NCBI RefSeq assembly: GCF_963921235.1
Contig: NC_086097.1
Coordinates: forward strand, 105,030,001 to 105,094,000
Length of the DNA stretch: 64,000 nucleotides
Direction: 5' to 3'
Source of the DNA: Mobula hypostoma
Lineage: Eukaryota
Position 1 is the stretch's first letter; every line of letters starts with the position of its first letter. The notes under the pieces are model-generated. The model did not search any database, had not been told where the DNA came from, and saw nothing but the letters and a program-made list of their open reading frames with translations. Of the stretch, positions 11,001-22,170 are shown piece after piece. A program made the position numbers and the translations under genes.

Positions 11001-13892
11001 ATTTCGTTGCTTCAGGTGTGATAGAATAGGAGGGACAAGAGGGGAGGTGTTGCATTGCTTGTCAGAGAAAATATAACAGCGGTGCTCTGTCAGAATAGAT
11101 TAGTAGACTCGTCTAGGGAGGCTATTTGGGTGGAATTGAGGAATAGGAAAGGTGTGGTGACACTTATAAAGGTGTATTATAGACCACCTGATGGAGACCG
11201 AGAACTGGAGGAGCAAATTTGTAAAGAGATAGCAGATATTTGTAGTAAGCACAAGGTTGTGATTGTGGGAGATTTTAGTTTTCCCACGCATAGACTGGGA
11301 GGCCCATTCTGTGAAAGGGCTGGATGGTTTGGAGTTTGTCAAATGTGTGCAGGATAGTTTTTTGCAGCAATACATAGAGGTACCAACTAGAGAAGGGGCA
11401 GCGTTGGATCTCCTGTTAGGGAATGAAATAGGGCAGGTGAGAGAGGTATGTGTTGGGGAGCACTTCGGGTCCAGTGATCACAATAACATTAGTTTCAATA
11501 TCATTATGGAGAAGGATAGGACTGGACCCAGGGTTGAGAGTTTTGATTGGAGAAAGGCTAACTTTGAGGAGATGCGAATGGATTTCGAAGGAGTGGATTG
11601 GGACAATTTGTTTTATGGGAAGGATGTAATAGAGAAATGGAGGTCATTTAAAGGTGAAATTTTGAGGGTACAGGATCTTTATGTTCCTGTTAGGTTGAAA
11701 GGAAAGGTTCAAAGTTTGAGAGAGCCATGGTTTTCAAGGGATATAGGAAACTTAGTTCGGAAAAAGAGAGGGATTTACAATAAATATAGGCAGCTTAGAG
11801 TTAATGAGGTGCTCGAGGAATATAAAGAATGTAAAAAGAATCTTAAGAAAGAAATTAGAAAAGCTAAAAGAAGATACGAGGCAGCTTTAGCAAGTAAGGT
11901 GAAAATAAATCCAAAAGGTTTCTGCAGTTAGGAAAGTATGACGATTAAAGAAGAGGAAGTACTGGCGCTTTTAAGGAATATAAAAGTGGATAAGTCTCCG
12001 GGTTCGGACAAGATATTCCCTAGGACCTTGAGGGAAGTTAGTGTGGAAATAGCAGGAGCTCTGACAGAAATATTTCAAATGTCATTAGAAACGGGGATGG
12101 TGCCGGAGGATTGGCGTATTGCTCATGTGGTTCCATGGTTTAAAAAGGGTTCTTAGAGTAAACCTAGCAATTATCGGCCTGTGAGTTTGACGTCAGTGGT
12201 GGGTAAATTGATGGAAAGTATTCTTAGAGATGGTATATATAATTATCTGGATAGACAGGGTCTGATTAGGAACAGTTAACATGGATTTGTGTGTGGAAGG
12301 TTATGTTTGACAAATCTTATTGAAATTTTTGATGAGGTTACTAGGAAAGTCGACGAAGGTAAAGCGGTAGATGTTGTCTATATGGACTTCAGTAAGTCCT
12401 TTGACAAGGTTCCACTCGGAAGGTTAGTTAGGAACGATCAATTGTTAGGCATTAATATCGAAGTAGTAAAATGGATTCAGCAGTGGCTGGATGGGAGACG
12501 CCAGAGAGTAGTGGTGGATAACTGTTTGTCAGATTGGAGGACGGTGTGTAGCGGTGTGCCTCAAGGATCTGTACTGGGTCCAATGTTGTTTGTCATATAT
12601 GTTAATGATCTGGATGATGGGGTGGTAAATTGGATTAGTAAGTATGCAGATGATACTAAGATAGACGGCGTTGTGGGTAATGAAGTAGGTTTTCAAAGCT
12701 TGCAGAGAGATTTAGGCCAGTTAGAAGAGTGGGCTGAAAAATGGCAGATGGAGTTTAATGCTGAAAAATGTGAGGTGCTACATTTTGGTAGGACTAATCA
12801 AACTAGGACATACATGGTAAATGGTAGGGCATTGAAGAATGCTGTAGAACAGAGGGATCTAGGAATAATGGTGCATAGTTCCCTGAAGGTGGAATTTCAT
12901 GTGGATAGGGTGGTGAAGAAAGCTTTTGGTATGCTGGCCTTTATTAATCAGAGCATTGAGTATAGGAGTTGGGATGTAATGTTGAAATTGTATAAGGCAT
13001 TGGTAAAGCCAAATTTGGAGTATTTGGAGTATTATAATTCTGGTACCGAATTATAGGAAAGATGTCAATAAAATTGGGAGAGTACAGAGAAGATTTACTA
13101 GAATGTTACCTGGGTTTCAGCACCTGAGTTACAGAGAAAGGTTGAACAAGTTAGGTCTTTATTCTTTGGAGCGTAGAAAGTTGACGGCGGACTTGATAGA
13201 GGTGTTTAAAATTATGAGGGGGATTGATAGAGTTGACGTGGATAGGCTTTTTCCATTGAGAATGGGGGAGATTCAAACAAGAGGACATGAGTTGAGAGTT
13301 AAAGGGCAAAAGTTTAGGGGTAACATGAGGGGGAAGTTCTTTACTCAGAGAGTGGTAGCTGTGTGGAACGAGCTTCCAGCAGAAGTAGTTGAGGCAGGTT
13401 CGATGTTGTCATTTGAAGTTAAATTGTATAGATATATGGACAGGAAGGGAATTGAGGGTTATGGACCGAGTGCAGGTCGGTGGGACTAGGTGAGAGTAGG
13501 AGTTCGGCACGGACTAGAAGGGCCGAGATGGCCTGTTTCCGTGCTGTAATGGTTATATGGTTATTAAGAGGAATAGATAGAGTGGATAGCCATCGCCTCT
13601 TCCCCAGGGCACCACTGCTCAATACAAGAGGACATAGCTTTAAGGTAAGGGGTGGGAAGTTCAAGGGGGATATTAGAGGAAGGTTTTTTACTTAGAGAGT
13701 GGTTGGTGCGTGGAATGCACTGCCTGAGTCAGTGGTGGACGCAGGTACACTAGTGAAATTTAAGAGACTCCTAGACAGGTGTATGGAGGAATTTAAGGTG
13801 GGGGCTTATATGGGAGGCAGGGCTTAAGGGTCGGCACAACATTGTGGGCCAAAGGGCCTGTACTGTGCTGTACTATTCTATGTTCTATGTTC
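8088..13892 (+). mobile_element. CR1 LINE (same family as 2502-4645, opposite strand), split by a nested CR1
   Basis: ORFs 8686-9594 and 9662-10129 are near-identical to the 543-aa ORF. The 3' part resumes at about 13561 and ends in a ttctatgttctatgtt tail. Confidence 0.92.
10127..13560 (+). mobile_element. Nested long CR1 with ORF1 SGNH-esterase part and disrupted ORF2 (APE endonuclease, RT)
   Basis: CLPGARV..VHIGTND esterase motifs (10189-10485), YRPP/GDF/SDH endonuclease motifs, YADDT, and a (gttatatg) tail. Confidence 0.92.
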
Positions 13893-14027
13893 ACCCCTCT
13901 CCCCATCCTCTCCCCTCTCCCCATCCTCTCTCCCCTCCCCCTCCTGCTCTCTCCACTCCTTCTCTCACCTCCTCTCCCTCCCTCATTCCTCCCCATCCCC
14001 CTCGTCTCCCCCCTGCCCTCCCTTCAT
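13893..14027. repeat. C/T-rich low-complexity tract
   Basis: Repeated ccctctccccatcctctc units. Confidence 0.9.
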
Positions 14028-14119
14028 TAGGTGAGCAGTTCTGGAACAGAGGCCATAACTCTTTAACTTTCAGGATAGGTGTGTACGAGGATAGGTGTGT
14101 TCACGCAGGGGAGTTTTAA

Positions 14120-15060
14120 ATTGATGTCGGGCAAATGATGACAAGATTGGGCAGGAACTAAGAAGAGTTAATTGGGAACAATTTTTCTCTGGCAAGTCCA
14201 CATCAGACATGTGGAGGGTGTTTAAAGATCAATTGCACAGGGTACTGGAAAGGTATGCTCCTGTTCGAAGAACGGGATGGAAAGATAAGAGAACCTTGGA
14301 TGTCCCAGAGAGGTGAAAAATTTAGTCAAGAAGAAAAAGGAAACGTATGTCAAACGAAGCACATGAGGAGTATAAAGAAGCCAGAAAGAACTAAAGAAGG
14401 AAATTAGGAAAGCCAGGAGGGGCCATGAAAAGCCCTTGGCAAGTAGGATTAAAGAGAATCACAAGCCATTCTATACATACAAGAGCAAAGTGATAACTAG
14501 GGAGAGGGTGAGACCACTCAAGGTTAAAGAGGGAAACATTGGCTTGGATGTGATGAATGTGAGTGAGGTACTTAATGAGTACTTTGTTTCAGTATTTACC
14601 AAGGAAAAGGATATGGAATAGATCAGTGCTGAGTGAACACCTAAATGCATTCAAGCCTTTAGAGGTCAAGGAGGAGGAAGTATTGGTCTCCTAAGTCCCC
14701 AGGGCCTGATGGGATTTACCCCAGCTTATTGAAGGAGGCAAGAGACAAGATGGGTGGAGTTGTGTATATTGTAGAAGACTGTCAAAGAATATAGTGTGAT
14801 ATAGATCAGTTGTAGATATTGGTGGAGGTTAACCCAGATAAACGTCAGGTGTTGCATCTTTGGTTGGGAAAATGCCAGGAGAGAGTAAACTGTTAAGGGC
14901 AAGATCTTTAACAGTGTTGCTGAGCAGAAAGATCATGGGATCTAAGTTCATAGTTGCTATAGGAAGGATATTGGGTGTTTTTGATTTGCTTTTCAGCTGG
15001 TTCAGCACAACACTGTGGACTGAATGGCCTGTCCCTTGGCAATACTCTTCTATGTTCTAC
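14120..15060 (+). mobile_element. Degenerate CR1 fragment
   Basis: ORF 14436-14621 ASRIKENHKPF...EVLNEYFVSVFTKE. Confidence 0.75.
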
Positions 15061-15257
15061 CTTTGGAAGAAGTGCTCACATGCCAGGACACCAAAAATCC
15101 TGAAAGCTTCCTACAATATTGTGAAATTACAGCATAAGGTAATTGGGAAGTAGGTATTGGAAGGAGGAGATGAAGTATGACTTATTGAAAGGTGTTGGAT
15201 GTTTATCATGTCCTTGTCCTCTTCTAATTGAGTATTAAAGGCAGGAAGTGTTGGGAA

Positions 15258-16526
15258 CTGAATTGAATTGACTTTATTTCTTGCATCCTTCACATACGAG
15301 TAACAATTTTTGCGTTACATCTCCGTCTAAATGTGCAATGTGAAATTATAATTTATAATAAATAGACCAGTCAATGTAACATAGAAATACACTCAAATCA
15401 GCATGAGTTAATCAGTCTGTTGGTCTGGTGGAAGAAGCTGTTCCGGAGCCTTTTGGTCCTGGCTTTTATGCTGTGGTACCGTTTCCCGGATGATAGCAGC
15501 TGGAACAGTTTGTGGTTGGGATGACTCGAGTCCCCAATGATCCTTTGGGCCCTTTTCTCACACCTGTCTTTGGAAATGTCTGAATCATGGAAAGTTCACA
15601 ACTACAGATGTGCTGGGCTGTCCGCACCACTCTCTGCAGAATCCTGCGATTAAGGGAGGTACTGTTCCCATACCAGGCAGTGATGCAGCTGGTCAGGATG
15701 CTCTCAATTGTGCCCCTGTAGAAAGTTCTTAGGATTTGGGGGCCCATACCAAACTTCCTTAACTGTTTGACGTGAAAGAGGTGCTGTTGTGCCTTTTTCA
15801 CCACACAGCTGGTGTGTACAGACCACGTGAGGCCCTCGATGATGTGGATACCGAGGAACTTAAAGCTGTTTACCCTCTAAACCCCAGATCCACTGATGTC
15901 AATAGGGGTTAGCCCGTCTCTATTCTTCATGTATTCCACAACCAGCTCCTTTGTTTTTGCGACAATGAGGGAGAGGTTGTTTTCTTGACACCACCGTGTC
16001 AGGGTAATGACTTCTTCCCTGTAGGCCACCTCGTTATTGTTTGAGATTAGGCCAATCAATATAGTGTCGTCAGCAAAGTTCATTAGCAGATTGGAGCTGT
16101 GGGTGGTGACACAACCATGGGTATACAGAAGAGTAAAGGAGGGGACTTAGTTCGCAGCCCTGAGGAGCTCCTGTGTTGAGAGTCAGAGGGGCAGAGGTGA
16201 GGGCGCCCACTCTTACCACCTGCTGGCAATCTGACAGGAAGTCCAGGATCCAGCTGCAGAAGGCAGGTTCAAGGCCAAGGTCTCTGAGCTTCCTGTTGAG
16301 CCTGGAGGGAATTATGGTGTTGAATGCTGAACTGTAATCCAAGAACAGCATTCTCACATAAGCATCCTTCTTCTCCAGATGTGTAAGGATGGTATGTAGA
16401 GCAGTGGCTATTGCATCATCTGTCCATCGGTTGTGTCAGTAGGCGAATTATAGGGGGTCTAGTGTGGGTGGTAGCATGGCGGAGATGTAATCCTTGACCA
16501 GCCTCTCAAAGCATTTGCTTATTGTT
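15258..16526 (-). mobile_element. Rex1/Babar-clade LINE 3' portion
   Basis: [41 protein letters not shown] and FYRGTIESILT motifs. (caatt)n tail at about 15258-15272. Confidence 0.85.
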
Positions 16527-16579
16527 GAATTAGAACTGTTCCACGTTATGAAATTTTAATCAGGAATTTTTCGTTTCAG

Positions 16580-16741
16580 GGTCAGCCAATATTGTTCACC
16601 ATGATGGTGAGAAGTACAAAGAGCAAATCATCATGGACAACCTGTCAGAGTATCAGAAGCATCTCCAGGAGCAATTCCCCCAAATGCCAGCAGAATGGTC
16701 GGAGAACAAAAAGGACCAAAATCAACAGCAAGCACCTCCAG
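16580..16741 (+). CDS. HEATR4: HEATR4 coding exon (not in ORF track in this frame)
   Basis: Acceptor tttttcgtttcag. Reads (G)SANIVHHDGEKYKEQIIMDNLSEYQKHLQEQFPQMPAEWS..., compare recalled IIHQ...[27 protein letters not shown]. Donor cag/GTTCAA is weak but phase 1 fits the next exon. Confidence 0.8.
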
Positions 16742-17177
16742 GTTCAATCTCTCTCATTGCTTGATGTGCAGAGTTCTGAAAATAAGGCACAGCTCAACAC
16801 TCGTCTTCACCTCCACCACATCCACCACCTCCCAGATACACTGTATTAACATGGGTGTCCTGTCAGAGATGAGTTCCCTTCATACTTTTTCTGGATTTAA
16901 ATGGATGTACAACTTTCTTTTCTGAACTCCACATTCTGCCCACCAGCAGACCTTGGGGAGGCACCATAACCTCCTGAGAAAATTCACCTCCATGGCTGTT
17001 CAGAGCAGAGTAACTTCTGTCAAGCTCCCAATCAGAGGAATTTGTCTCATGTCTCCACTGCAATACTTGCAGGATTTTTCAACAAGGTCCTTTTTGAGGG
17101 CTAGAAAGATTTGGTCTTTACTGCACCTCCCTTTCAAAGAAAATTGATCAAAAATTAACTTCAGTTTTAATTCAAAT

Positions 17178-17700
17178 AGGTACAAGGATGTTGAAGCTTT
17201 GGAGCAGGTGCAGAAGAGGTTTATCAGGATACTGCCTGGTTTAGAAGGTGTGTGCTATCATGAGAGGCTGGATACACTTGGGTTGTTTTCTCTGGAGCGG
17301 TGGAGGCTGAGGGGAGATCTAATGGAGGTTTATACGATTATGAATGGGATAGATAGAGTGGACAGGGAGTATCTTTTCCCCAGGGTTAAAATGTCTAATA
17401 CCAGAGGGCATGTATTGAAGATGAGAGGGGGTAGGTTCAAGGAGGTTGTGAGGGGTAAGATTTTTACTCACAGTTGTGGATGTCTGGAATGTACTGCCTG
17501 GTATGATAGTAGAGGTAAGTATGTGAGAGGGTTTGAAGAGGTGTTTGGATAGGCACATGGATGTGAGGAAGATGGAGGGATATGAACATGTTGCAGGGAT
17601 TAGCGTTTGGGTGTTTTTGATTTGCTTTTTAGCTGCCTTAGCACAATATTGTGGGCTGAATGGCCTGTTCCTGTTCTGTATTGTTATATGTTCTGTGTTC
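17178..17700 (+). mobile_element. CR1 3' fragment
   Basis: ORF 17199-17552 VQKRF.R..PGL...LFSLE..RLRGDL...TRGH. Confidence 0.85.
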
Positions 17701-17784
17701 CAGAACAGTCTATGTTCTGAGCTTTCCTTGGATATTCTCAACTCTTCCTCCACTACATTGCTGACTGCATCAGTGCTGCTTTAA

Positions 17785-19190
17785 GCACCCACGCTGAGCT
17801 GGCCAACTTCATCAACTTTCCTGAACACCCATGTTCATCCTATCTTCCTGCCACCTTTAGCAGTGATAGTTCCTGTTATTCTTTCCTTCCACCCTATAAG
17901 CCTCTGCATCCAACACATCATCCTCTGCAACTTCTATCATCACCACTAAAAATACCTTCACCTTACCACCCCCCACCTCTCGCAGTGTTTGCTCCCACTG
18001 TGATTCCCTTATCCATTCATCCCTTCCCACTAATTTTCCTCCCACCACTTATCCCTGCAAGTGGCCAAAGTGCTATACCTGCCCATTCACCTCCATTCAG
18101 GGCCCCAAACAGTCCTTCCAGGTGAGGCAACACTTCACTCGTGAATCTCATGGGGTTGTCTATGATGTCCAGTGATCTTGATGTGGCCTCTTCTACATTG
18201 GTCAGAAATTGGGGGACCGCTTCATTGAGCATCTCTACTCCAGCTGTCAAAAGCGCAGCTTCCCAATGGCCAAACATTTTAAGGGTCTCGGCCTGAAGCA
18301 TCGACTGTTTACCCTTTTTCATAGATGCTGCCTAGCCTGCTGAGTTAATAGACAATAGAATATAGGTGCAGGAGTAGGCCATTCAGCCCTTCGAGCCAGC
18401 ACCACCATTCACTATGATCATGGCTGATCATCCATAATCAGTACCCCATTCCTGCCTTCTCCCCCTATCCCTTGACTCCGCTATATTTAAGAGCTCTATC
18501 TAACCCTTTCTTGAAAGCATCCAGAGAATTGGCCTCCACTGCCTTCCACAGATCCACAACTCTCTGGGTGAAAAAGTTTTTCCTCAACTCTGTTCTAAAT
18601 GGCCTACCCCTTATTCTCAAATTATGGCCTCTGGTTCTGGACTCCTCCAACATCGGAAACATGTTTCCTCCAGCATTTTATGTGTGTTGCTTGGATTTCC
18701 AGCATCTGCAGATTTCCTCGTGTTTGCAATTTTAATTCCCATTCTCATTCTGACAAGATGAGGTCACCCTCAGGGTGGAGGAGTAACACCTTATATTCCA
18801 TCTGGGTAGCCTTCAATCTGATGGCATGAATATAGATTTCTCCTCATGGTAAAATATTTTTCTCTCTCCCTCCTCTCTTCTTCTATTCCACACTTTGGCC
18901 TCTTACCTCTTCTCAGCAGCCGATCACCTTCCCCGGGGTCCTCTCCGCCTTTCCTTTCTCCTATAGTCCAATCTCCTCTCCTATCAGATTCCTTCCTCTC
19001 CATCCCTTTATCTTTCCTATCCATGTGGTTTCACCTATCACCTTGCAGCTATCCTCGTTCCTCTCCCCACATTTTTTTATCTAGCACCTTCTCCTTTCCA
19101 GTCCTGTAGAAGGGTCTTGATCTGAAATATCGACTGTTAATTTATTTCCATAGATGCTGCTTGACCTGCTGAGTTTCTCCAGCATTTAGA
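17785..19190 (+). mobile_element. Penelope-like element remnant (GIY-YIG end and terminal repeats), with a CR1 3' piece at about 18350-18665 (-)
   Basis: Hand translation gives GPKQSFQVRQHFT..VVY..CGLFYIG and a degenerate EE.HLIF.LGSLQ.DGMNIDFS. Degenerate hammerhead-type repeats at about 18281 and 19100. Confidence 0.75.
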
Positions 19191-20420
19191 AGACAGAACA
19201 GTACAGCACAGGAACAGGCCATTTGGCCCACAATGTTGTATCGAACCAGTTAAAAGGCAAAGCAGAAATAACCAAACACTAATCCCTCCTAACTACACAA
19301 TGTCCATATCCCTCCATACCTTACTTACTTCCATGTGCCGATGCAAATGTCTCTTAAGAGCCTCTAATGTATTTGCCTCTACTACCATACTAAACAGTAC
19401 ATCCCCCTTGAACCTATCCCTTTTCACTTTCAATGAATGCCCTCTTGTATTAGACATCTCAACCCTGGGAAACAGATACTCCCTGTCTGCTCTATGTATG
19501 CAGGTGTCAGTAGCTCCAGTTGAACTGTCTTTGTGTGTGTTTCCCCATAGCCATCATTTTGTGGTTTTGTATTGCCATGTGCTTTTGTTTGTTTTCATGC
19601 CCCATGTGCTCCTGTCCCCGCTCCTGCTCTACTCCGGCCCCTGTATTACTGAGTACTCCGGCTCTCACCTGTTTCTCATTACCTGTTTTGCTGCCACTTC
19701 TGTCTCATTGTGCTCCACCTATCATCTGCCTCCCTGTTTATTGCTCAGTGTATTTCAGTCCTGTGATTTCACCTGTTTGTTGCCAGATTGTGCCAATGAG
19801 TTTTCCTGAGCCTTTCCAGCATTCGTATCTGTACTGTGTCCGTCTGAATATTGACTCTACCTGTTTCCCGATTCTAGTTTTTGGATTTCTCTGGAATTTT
19901 TGATCTCTGTCTGAACTTTGACGCCGACTTTGTTGCCCCTCTGGATTTGCTACTCAGTAGATATCACAGTGCACACTAGGTCTGCGATTGGGTCCTTGCT
20001 TCAGCGCTCTGACAGCAGGTCATAATCTTATAAACCTCTATCAGGTCTCCCCTCAGCCTCCAGCACTCCAGAGAAAAAATCCAGGTTTATCCTGCCTCTC
20101 ATGACAGCATATGCCCTCTAAACTGGGCAGCATCCTGGTAAATCTCCTTTTGTGGGGCTCCAAAATTGGATGCAGTACTCCAGATGTGGCCTAACCAGAG
20201 TTTTATAAGGTTGCAACATAACCTCTTAACTTTGAACTCTGTGTCTCAACTAATAGAAGGAAGCATTGCATAAGCCTTCTTAACCACCTTATTGACCTGT
20301 GTAGCCACTTTCAAGGAGCTGTGAACTTGGATCACAAGATCTCTCTGTTCTTTGTCAAACATCTTACTAAAAATCCAGGTAGACAACATCCAGTGCCCTA
20401 ACCTAATCAATCTCTCTCGT
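19190..20420 (-). mobile_element. CR1 3' fragment interrupted by a solo LTR
   Basis: Reverse complement resembles 17178-17700. The sequence resumes after 20019. Confidence 0.75.
19505..20014. mobile_element. Solo LTR, 510 bp
   Basis: Termini TGTCAG...CTGACA form an inverted repeat. Perfect 5-bp TSD GCAGG at 19500-19504 and 20015-20019. Confidence 0.9.
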
Positions 20421-21219
20421 CACATATGACATGACATGGGGTCAGAGATTGCTGAATATTTGTGTGTGGAGTTAAGAAACTGCAAGGGTAAAAAAAACAT
20501 TATGGGACTCACATATAGGCCTCCAAATAGTAGCCAAGATGTGGGGTTGAGATTACAAAGGAAGCTGGAAAAGGCCTATAATAAAGATCACAATTGTAAT
20601 GGGGGACTTCAATATGCAAGGGGATTGGGAAAATCAGGTCAGTATCAGATCGCAAGAGGCAGAATTTGTTGAATGCCTGCGAGATTGGTTTTTAGAGCAG
20701 CTTGTGCTCAAGCCTACTAGGGGAAAGGCTATCTTATTAGTCAGCTTAACGTAAAGGAACCCTTAGGAGGCAGTGATCATGATATGATTGAATTCATATT
20801 GCAATTTGAGAGGGAGAAGCACAAATCACATGTATCAGTAACGCAATGGAATAAAGGGAATTACAGAGGCATGAGAGAGGAGCTTGCCCAGGTGGATTGG
20901 AGTGGGATACAGGTGGGACTGATGGCAGAACAGAGGTGGCTGAACTTTCAGGGAATAGTTCACAAGGCGCAAGATAGGTATGTTCCAGAGAAGAATTTGT
21001 TCTCAAGTGGCGGGTGTAGGCAACTATGGATGACAAGGGAAGTTAAGGACTATATAAAAGGCAAGGAAAGACCATGTAAGGTAGCAAAAAGGAGTGGGAA
21101 GTTGGATGATTGGGAAGTTTTTAAAATCCAATAAAAGGCAACTAAAAGAGCAAGAAGGGAAAAGATGAAATATAGGGGCAAACTAGCCAATAATATAAAG
21201 CAGGATACTAAAAGTTTTT

Positions 21220-21390
21220 AAACGCAAACAACAGGAATTCTGCAGATGCTGGAAATTCAAGCAACACACATCAAAGTTGCTGGTGAACGCAGCAGTCCTG
21301 ACGAAGGGTTTCGGCCTGAAACGTCGACTGCACCTCTTCCTACAGATGCTGCCTGGCCTGCTGCGTTCACCAGCAACTTTGATGTGTGTT
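21220..21390 (+). mobile_element. Short Penelope-derived fold-back element with minimal hammerhead
   Basis: 33-bp perfect inverted repeat (21263-21295 / 21358-21390). Flanking duplication actaaaagttttt at 21207-21219 and 21391-21403. Confidence 0.85.
21292..21331 (+). ncRNA. Minimal type I hammerhead ribozyme motif (Penelope type)
   Basis: gcagtc CTGACGA agg-gtttcgg-cct GAAA cg TC gactgc: 6-bp stem I, intact core, GUC site and loopless palindromic stem III. Confidence 0.75.
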
Positions 21391-22170
21391 ACTAAAAGTT
21401 TTTTCAGTTAGATAAGGAGGTGAGAGTTGATATTGGACCACTGGACAATGATGCTGGTGAGGTAGTAATGGGGGACAAAGAAATAGCAGATGAACTTAAT
21501 AAGTATGCTGCTTCAGTCTTTACTGTGGAAGACACTAGCTGTATGCCAGAGGTCAGTGAGTGTCAGGGAGCGGGAGTGAGTGCCAAAGCTATTGCAAAGG
21601 AAAAAGTGCAAGGCAAACTCAAAGGTCTTAAGGTGGGTAAGTGAGCTGGACAAGATGGGCTATCCCAGAGTCCTGAAGGAGGTTGCTGAAGAGATAACAG
21701 ATAAGACAATAAGATATAGGAGCATAATTAGGCAACTCAGCCCATCGAGTCAGCTATGCCATTCCATCATCACTGAACCTGGATTCCATTCAAGCCCACA
21801 CACCTGCCTTCTCACCATATCCTTTGATGCCCTGACCAATTAGGACACTATCAACTTCCGCAGGTGATACAAAGATAGGTGGAGGGGTAGGTAGTGCTGA
21901 GGAAGCAGTGCGATTGCAGCAGGACTTAGAGAAGTAGGAAGAATGGGCAAAAATGTGGCAGAAGGAATACAGTGTTGGGAAATGTATGATTATGTGTTTT
22001 GGTAAAAGGGACAATAGTACAGACTAAATGGGGAGAACATTCAAGCTTCAGAAGTGCAAAGGGACTTGGGAGTCCTCGTGCAAGACTCCCAGAAAGTTAA
22101 TTTACAGGTTGAGTCTGTGGTAAAGAAGCCAAATGCAATGTTAGCATTTAGTTCAAGGGGAATAGAATAT

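Noticed and set aside
19099..19137. Hammerhead-like motif agtcctgtagaagggtcttgatctgaaatatcgact, and a partial one at about 18281
   Set aside because: The core is mutated (CTGTAGA) or truncated, so they are treated as dead Penelope repeats.
19300..19903. Cys/Leu-rich ORFs
   Set aside because: They result from the T/C-biased solo LTR and CR1 sequence and have no recognisable domain.
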